A stretch of DNA of 51,803 nt, counting the filler, from Catajapyx aquilonaris (lineage: Eukaryota): NCBI GenBank assembly GCA_000934665.2. It is 2 parts of 2 records of this genome, joined end to end, with 100 filler letters (N's around TTAATTAATTAA, not from the genome) between each part and the next. Parts side by side here need not be neighbours in the genome. Positions count along the whole stretch, not along the records: positions 25,963 to 51,803 come from JYFJ02005292.1; 1 more part is not named here. One strand, 5' to 3'. Shown here in pieces: positions 34,931 through 51,803 of this stretch (positions are counted from its first letter, which is position 1; the number at the start of each line of letters is the position of its first letter). A model generated the notes under the pieces. The model did no database searches and was not told the DNA's origin. It worked only from the letters and a program-made list of their open reading frames with translations. The translations under genes were made by a program, and so were the position numbers.

Positions 34931-37685
34931 TGATTTTCTGGAATTGTGATATGGGAGGGAGTGGTGTGCAATCGTCATGCATGAGTGGAGGAGTGTGTAG
35001 AAGAGAAATGCTTGAATGTTGCCTGTGGAATATCGCGGGATATAATTACCGGGTGTTTCGGATGTAACGGATTGACATTTACCTAGAAGTTATATGCTAC
35101 GTTCTGACCGTGGTTCTGACGAATATGACTTGTATACGTAGTAAGTGCGAAAAAGGACGTTAATTATGCAATTGCGCATTGCGTCCTCATGGCCGATAAA
35201 TAAATGGTTCAATGTGCCTGAAAGGGGCGACAGTTTCTTTCTACGTCGATGCGAGAAACCCCAAGTTAATGCAACGCCAAGTAAAATCACTTTTCCGACT
35301 ATGAAATGAAACAGTGATTTAAAAATGAGATGTATCGTATTCGTGAGAAGCAGCTTGTGCTGGGGATATCGGAATTTAGTCTCATCCCTATCGGCGAAAG
35401 AATCTCTTCCAGGATCGTCTTTTCCTACTCCTACCAAAACATTTTGTGTACGTTATTAGCAATAGTGTGGGGTGAAAGAGTGAAAATGAGTTTTCTTCTA
35501 TTGATTCGAGTTTTGCGAAAATCCGCGTTTCAAATTCCCAATTTTGCAATTTTCAATCTTTAATATCACGACATGAGGCGCAAGGAAGGATATCTCATTA
35601 ATTTTTCAAGCAATGGTATACGGTAGTTTTTTCAGAGCGGGAACTAATGATATTAATATCCTCCTGATGCCCCACTTGAACCCGTGTAGGCCTAACCCGC
35701 GTTGCAAAACAATTTATTTCATTAAATTTTAGTGAGCAATTGGCGTATCGACAGATCGGTCACAATCGACCAATGCTTGACAAATTCAAACGAAAATTAG
35801 GCTATATATTCCACCTTGCACCTCCTGTCGTGATTTTAAACCGCCTCGGTCAACTTAACTTAAAATTTGGCGTATAGTTATGTGCACTATTGGAAAGCTC
35901 AGCATTGCAGTGGTGTATACAACTTATTGCTACACTTGCAGGTGAAGTGACAGGAATGAGGAGTTAGTCACTCCAGCTCTCCGAAGATTCCCTGAGTAGC
36001 CTAGGTGCTCCGGGAATTTTGCGCTCCACTGCACACTTTTTCAATGAGTGATTGCTATGCCACCATCATGTAGTGAGACCTGAGGGAAATGCTCTTCATC
36101 ACTTTGGACCTGTCTGTTTCAGCCTTGAGGGGATATAAGAGTGACAGAACGGACTTGGTGATGGGGGTAGTGTTAATGGCTTGTTCTCATTTGCCTGTCT
36201 CTCGTAAAGGCGGAAATAGACGGGTACGATGTGAAGGTGCGCAATTTTTACCATGCGTAGTACATGAAAATAACCTTTGTGTCAGTGGCGGCTCGAAATA
36301 ACCTTCCGCGAGATTTTCAGCGATACGGATAATGAGCTGAATTCCATAACACGATTCATTATTATTTGTAATTTATTGTAACTCCCCCTACCGAGGTACA
36401 TAGACCTCTGGGGGCCTAAATACGATACATATTCGTGCACAAGACGGACCTGACAAGAGATTCAGTATTGAGACTTCCATTTGGTGTACTGAATACGGAG
36501 TAGGCATTAATTCCTCAAGGACGACGATATTCAAAGTTTGTGACCACTGGCAAGATGTCAATGTGATGGTGGCCTACTATGCATGAGCCTACTTATTATG
36601 GTAGTCGTGACCGACTGTCTTATTTAAATCGCAACCCGTGCACGGTAACTTTGAGCGATAAGATCCTCGCGAAGACGAGGAGATGTCATGCATATGATAA
36701 TTTCAGAGGTACAGTAGAGTCGCTATAGGGTCAGGAACTCCCAACGAGTTCACTGGAAAACCGGCTGTGTGTGTACCCCAACGTGAATATACAGTAACGG
36801 ACGTCCATAATCTTGACGTACTTGACTATACAATAGAGTTTTCCTGTTTTACAATGAGCTCGTTGGAACTCCTGACCTGTCCTTCCCAAATTTTTTTTGT
36901 TCGTGACTATACCTTGTATCATATGCATGACATGAGGGCGATGTAGCCGGAAGTTGTCGCATTTGCTTTAGAATACGTGAATGAATTAAGACGTGACCAT
37001 GGGTCAGGTCTGTGCAGCATGTGGTAAATTTGTCACATGAATGAAAATCTTTGAATCCCGCTTTTTGTGACATGAACCTCAAACCAGGGGGCCTTAGTTA
37101 ACTAACAGCCCTACAATACAAATTTTTGAGCGTACTACAAGATTTAGATTAGAACGACGAATGTATTAACGGAGAGTAATATTATGAGTGTCCATTGGCC
37201 ATTTTTGGAAGCTGTATTTTGGCCCGTATCTATTTCATCTATTTCCGATCGGCGCAACACTTCGTAGAACTCCGTGTGACAGGTCCCTTCCTTGTACAGT
37301 ACCATACACCTGAATAGGACAATGCATCGAGGATGTTCACCCTTGAACATATACTTCCACAGTGAAAGCTAGGCGGGTGGCTGTGAGTAGCCAGGATAGA
37401 GCAAGGCCTTGGGCTAGATTGGCATCATCAGGGCATCATAGTGATGAATAAAGTGCATGCACCTGCTGATATAGCGGGAAGCTAGGTGGCTACTAATGTA
37501 GCAGCTACCCTTGTAATCAAATGTGTGTGGTGGGAGGGAGGTGGAGCTGGAATCTACGTAAAGGAAATAGTGGGAAGTGGGGGAGTGTGTTGTGGTGGTG
37601 TGTGTTGTGGTGGTGGGTTGTAGAGAGTGGGGAGAGAGGGTAGGGGGACCGTCCTTCTGCCTCGTATGTTCTGGGTAGCGAGTGA

Positions 37686-48259
<10,574 letters not shown>

Positions 48260-48900
48260 TAATTTGGTGTAATCCACCTTGTCACCTTATCTCAGGATCA
48301 TAAAAGTGCATATCAGTCAGTGGCATTGACAAATGATTTTAAAAAGTCAGTGTGATTAGTTATGGGACTGGGGTGTGGGGGGGAGGGGGTGTTAAAATGC
48401 ATTGCCTGTAACAATCAGGTCTGGTAAATTGAAAGATCAAGTTTTAGTACATACATACATACATACATTTCCTTCACGGCATATTCCCATCAAGATGGGG
48501 TTACCAGAAGTTTTAGTAACTCCTGCATAATGCGTGTTTGGCAATTCCAGGACCAGTTCCAAGACTAGAATACAGTACATTATATTTGTCTGGGAGGCAT
48601 CATCCTGGCATGCTGCTTTTGCGACATACCCACGTGAATAGATGATCCTACTGGTTAGAGACGACTTATTTAGCATGGGTGTTAATAGTACCTAAATTTG
48701 CAAGCATTCTCACATGGGGACATTATCAAAACTTTCATTGCTTCGCCATACCACAATGATGCCTCCTAGCTAGAAATGTAGTTGATTCTTCTTCGGCTAG
48801 TGTTAGGTCAAGGATTTACTTTACTCATTGTGCCTTTATGCTGCCGGTTTATAATTCACCCACAGTCTATAGAGTACACATGAAATGGCCATGTACTGTG

Positions 48901-50840
48901 CATATCGTCGGCAATAAGGAGAAAGGGCGAATAGACCATTTTAGACATTTTTCAGGAGAGGTAAAAATAGGTTGAAAATATGAGTGCCAGTCAAAACTTA
49001 TTTTTTATGTGATAAAGAGAATTAGTTCATGATTTGGGGTGAATGGCATCATGTCCAAAATGGATTGCAGTATTAGAACACCAATTGTTGTTAAATATTT
49101 CACGATACCAGGCGATGGCGACAGCAGAAGTAGACCTAGGTTCACATTCACCTCCGCTCTGCCAGAGGTCAGCGGTGAACACCAAAATTCAGCGTCCAGG
49201 TGTTGTGTCCGTTTGAAAAAAACAGCCACAGAGGTATACGACATGCTAAGATTGTGAACAGCAGACACTGGTCACCATTTGATACCATAAGACTTGCAAC
49301 TCTTTGCAAACCTGCAGCTGCATCTGCCTCTCCTCTGGAGTCAACAGCCTGGGGCTTCATCGCATCGGGTGCAAACGCATCTCATGTACAAATGGTCAAT
49401 GTAAAATCGTGTGGGCACTAACACTGGAGGTACCAATCATTCTGGCAAGGTCATCGACAGTTATGCTACGATATTCCTTTATAAGAACTCTGATGGGAGT
49501 CTGCATACCTGTCTCTTTGAAAGCTGACTACCTACCCGTGCTGAATGCTTTGTACCATCGAAATTCTGTGGGACACATCTTCATCTCTTAGCATGTCATA
49601 CGCCTCCATTGCCGTAGTCTGCATATGGCAGCAAAACCTCAACACTGAATATTGGTGAACCTAGGTCTACTTCCGGTGTCACCATCGCCTGGGATCGTGG
49701 AATATTCGAACAACAATTGTTTGTTCTAATATTGAAATCATTCTGGACACCATGCCATTCACCGCTAGTCCTGAACTAATTCTGTTTTTCACATAAGAAA
49801 TCAGACAATTTGTTTTGACTGGCCCTCGTAGTCCTCACAAATCAAGTATCACTGTATGCACACTGTTCCACCTACATATTTGTCCTTTCACCAAAGTCTG
49901 TGGTAGGTGATTTCACCTTAACCAATTTGTTCCTGACGTTGATCTACCGATGATATTTTAATAATATTTTAAGGCATGCGTTAGAAGGCAGAAACTAAGA
50001 TAGAAAAAATTAGTTCAGCGTAAAATTTTATTAGAACAGAAGTTACAAGGTGTCCTATATGTATAGAACGCTAGGACAATCCGTACAATTTTTCTCCCCT
50101 CATTGCTTCACTTTACATGCAATGCAATGTGGCAATTCTCACAATCGAATTCTCACAGTGCTGGTAGGAATGATGGAATCGTAATATATCCCAATAATTC
50201 AGGTATTTCAGCCCATTATATCGAGTCGCACAAATTTCTCGGAGGCTTTCTCTTTTTTCATCTTGGAAAGTATGGGGTCCAAGTTTCACTATGTAACATT
50301 ATGGCTATACAGGGCGATCTAAAATACTTCTCTGATTGCTGTGGCTATTGTTGGCACTAATTTACGTAATTTAATCAGTTACTTTAATTAATCAGTATCA
50401 AAAGTATTAGTGGATTGTAGACACCATTGTTTCCCTTGCTGCCATTCTCCACTCATAAGGGCCAACAATATAAATGTTGTGTGGTGGCTTTCCACAACCT
50501 TTCGTGCAACAGTCATACACTGTATGTATTTTAAAAAGCTATAGAAGTATTTACAATTCAAAGAAATAGTTACTCCATCACGGCCGATCGCATCAATTCT
50601 GAAATTAGCAAATTTCCCAACATTCAACTTGTATTTGTGGCTGATGCAATCACGGAAATGTGACATCTGCATTCTCCCACTAGAGTAGACTTTCATGAAG
50701 AGGTTCAGCTCCCTCAATCTGTGATTTATCATTCCTGCCCGTCCTATAACCCCTAGGAACAAATGGGTTAAAATATGCATTTTCGCCATTTTTTCGAAAA
50801 AATGGTCTATTCACCCTTTCTCCTTATTGCCGACAATATG
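48901..50840. mobile_element. 1.9-kb DNA transposon relic with ~42-bp TIRs
   Basis: CATATCGTCGGCAATAAGGAGAAAGGGCGAATAGACCATTTT pairs with AAAATGGTCTATTCACCCTTTCTCCTTATTGCCGACAATATG (2 mismatches). No clean TSD. Confidence 0.78.
48981..49828 (+). mobile_element. Mariner deletion derivative with ~165-bp inverted arms, nested in 48901-50840
   Basis: TA|TGAGTGCCAGTCAAAAC...GTTTTGACTGGCCCTCG|TA; mariner N-terminal relic CVRLKKTATEVYDML at ~49204-49250. Confidence 0.78.
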
Positions 50841-51275
50841 GCATGTGCAAACTGAATTGTTTGCAGTGGGGAAGACTATTTGAGCCTAAGTGGTATATTC
50901 TTAAGCAGTTACGTTTGCACACTTATTCTTAGATGTTGTCAGAAGTATTTGCTGTTGATCTTAGGTTGAATGGAAGCATCCCTTCAAGCCCTGCACTTTG
51001 AGGTTATTTCATTGGGAATGGCCCTTTCGGAACCACAGGTATCCTAGGTCGCTGGTTGAACCAAGGTTTTGGCAGGCTAAACTTATATCTTCCTGCGAAG
51101 GTTCAAAGTGATGCCCCGTTTAACCTACGGAAGCACCTGATATTTTTGATAACCTCTAACAACCAAAGTAACTCTTTTTACCCTCCTGAATTTTGAAAAT
51201 TTTTGTATTTTCTAGTTCTGCGTGGCCTTTATAATAATAATGGGTATAGTGCCATACCTCATCGTTTCGCAAAGA

Positions 51276-51557
51276 CCTTTATTTGCCAAGATAGTACATT
51301 AGTTTGGTCAACAAAGAGCCCTGGTCCGAGGGCAGGGTGACTGGGAGGAGATGTGCAGTGTGCAAGTGCAATGTCGTAGCTATGGTCATTTTGTGAGCTG
51401 CCCCAGGTGGTTCGTCTATCGGATCTCCCACCCTAGACTAAGACGGAGATGACCCCGAACTCCGCACGAGATGAAAGGGAGGAAAGCCTGGGCGTGGGAT
51501 CGAACCTGGGACCCTTCCATCCATGGACACTTAACGTTACCGCAGCGCCACTCCGCC
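51276..51557 (-). mobile_element. Probable tRNA-derived SINE (degenerate tRNA head at 51557-51490)
   Basis: On the minus strand, GGCGGAGTGGCGCTGCGGTAACG (A-box-like) and CCCAGGTTCGATCCCACGCC (B-box). The T-stem is poorly paired and the 3' boundary is uncertain. Confidence 0.5.
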
Positions 51558-51803
51558 TTCCCTGCTTGGCCTATAGTGTTGAGAAAACATCACTCCGCTG
51601 CTAATTTCCATGTTAGCAGGGTGAAAATACAGCCAAAAGGCAATGTTCCGAAGCCACAACACTTGCATCCGGTCGCGAGTCGCCGGCCAGCGCCAACGAG
51701 GGATAAATAGGGTACAGGCAGACCGTAAAGGTCCGCCATCTTTGATGGTTTTGGCGGCCAGGCCGTGGCACTTCACGGCAAGAACACGCGCGGATTTGAA
51801 TTT

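Noticed and set aside
51490..51557. Functional tRNA gene
   Set aside because: T-stem and acceptor stem pair poorly and there is no oligo-T terminator, so it is better read as a SINE head.

Overview
Eukaryotic genomic DNA from an invertebrate, probably an arthropod (inferred from the SMOC architecture and the Sik3-type kinase). It is AT-rich with many 54-80 nt GT-AG introns and dense non-autonomous DNA transposons. Five spliced genes were reconstructed by hand: (1) a SMOC/Pentagone-like gene (+, 2853-11088; first exon not found); (2) a small N-acylated protein with a CCDC198/stathmin-like motif (-, 12866-15084); (3) a BTB-BACK protein that unexpectedly starts with a signal-peptide-like exon (+, 20328-21998); (4) the 3' part of a helical protein whose C-terminus resembles augmin HAUS5/Dgt5 (+, 28214-34171, tentative); (5) the first five coding exons of a SIK3-like kinase (+, 37716-48253, continuing beyond the last exon found). 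The window also holds about 20 MITE, foldback, SINE and transposase relics, several nested and with visible target-site duplications (TSDs). An artificial 100-nt contig linker lies at 25863-25962. No rRNA, functional tRNA or CRISPR array was seen. Homology calls rest on motif recognition from memory, not on database searches.
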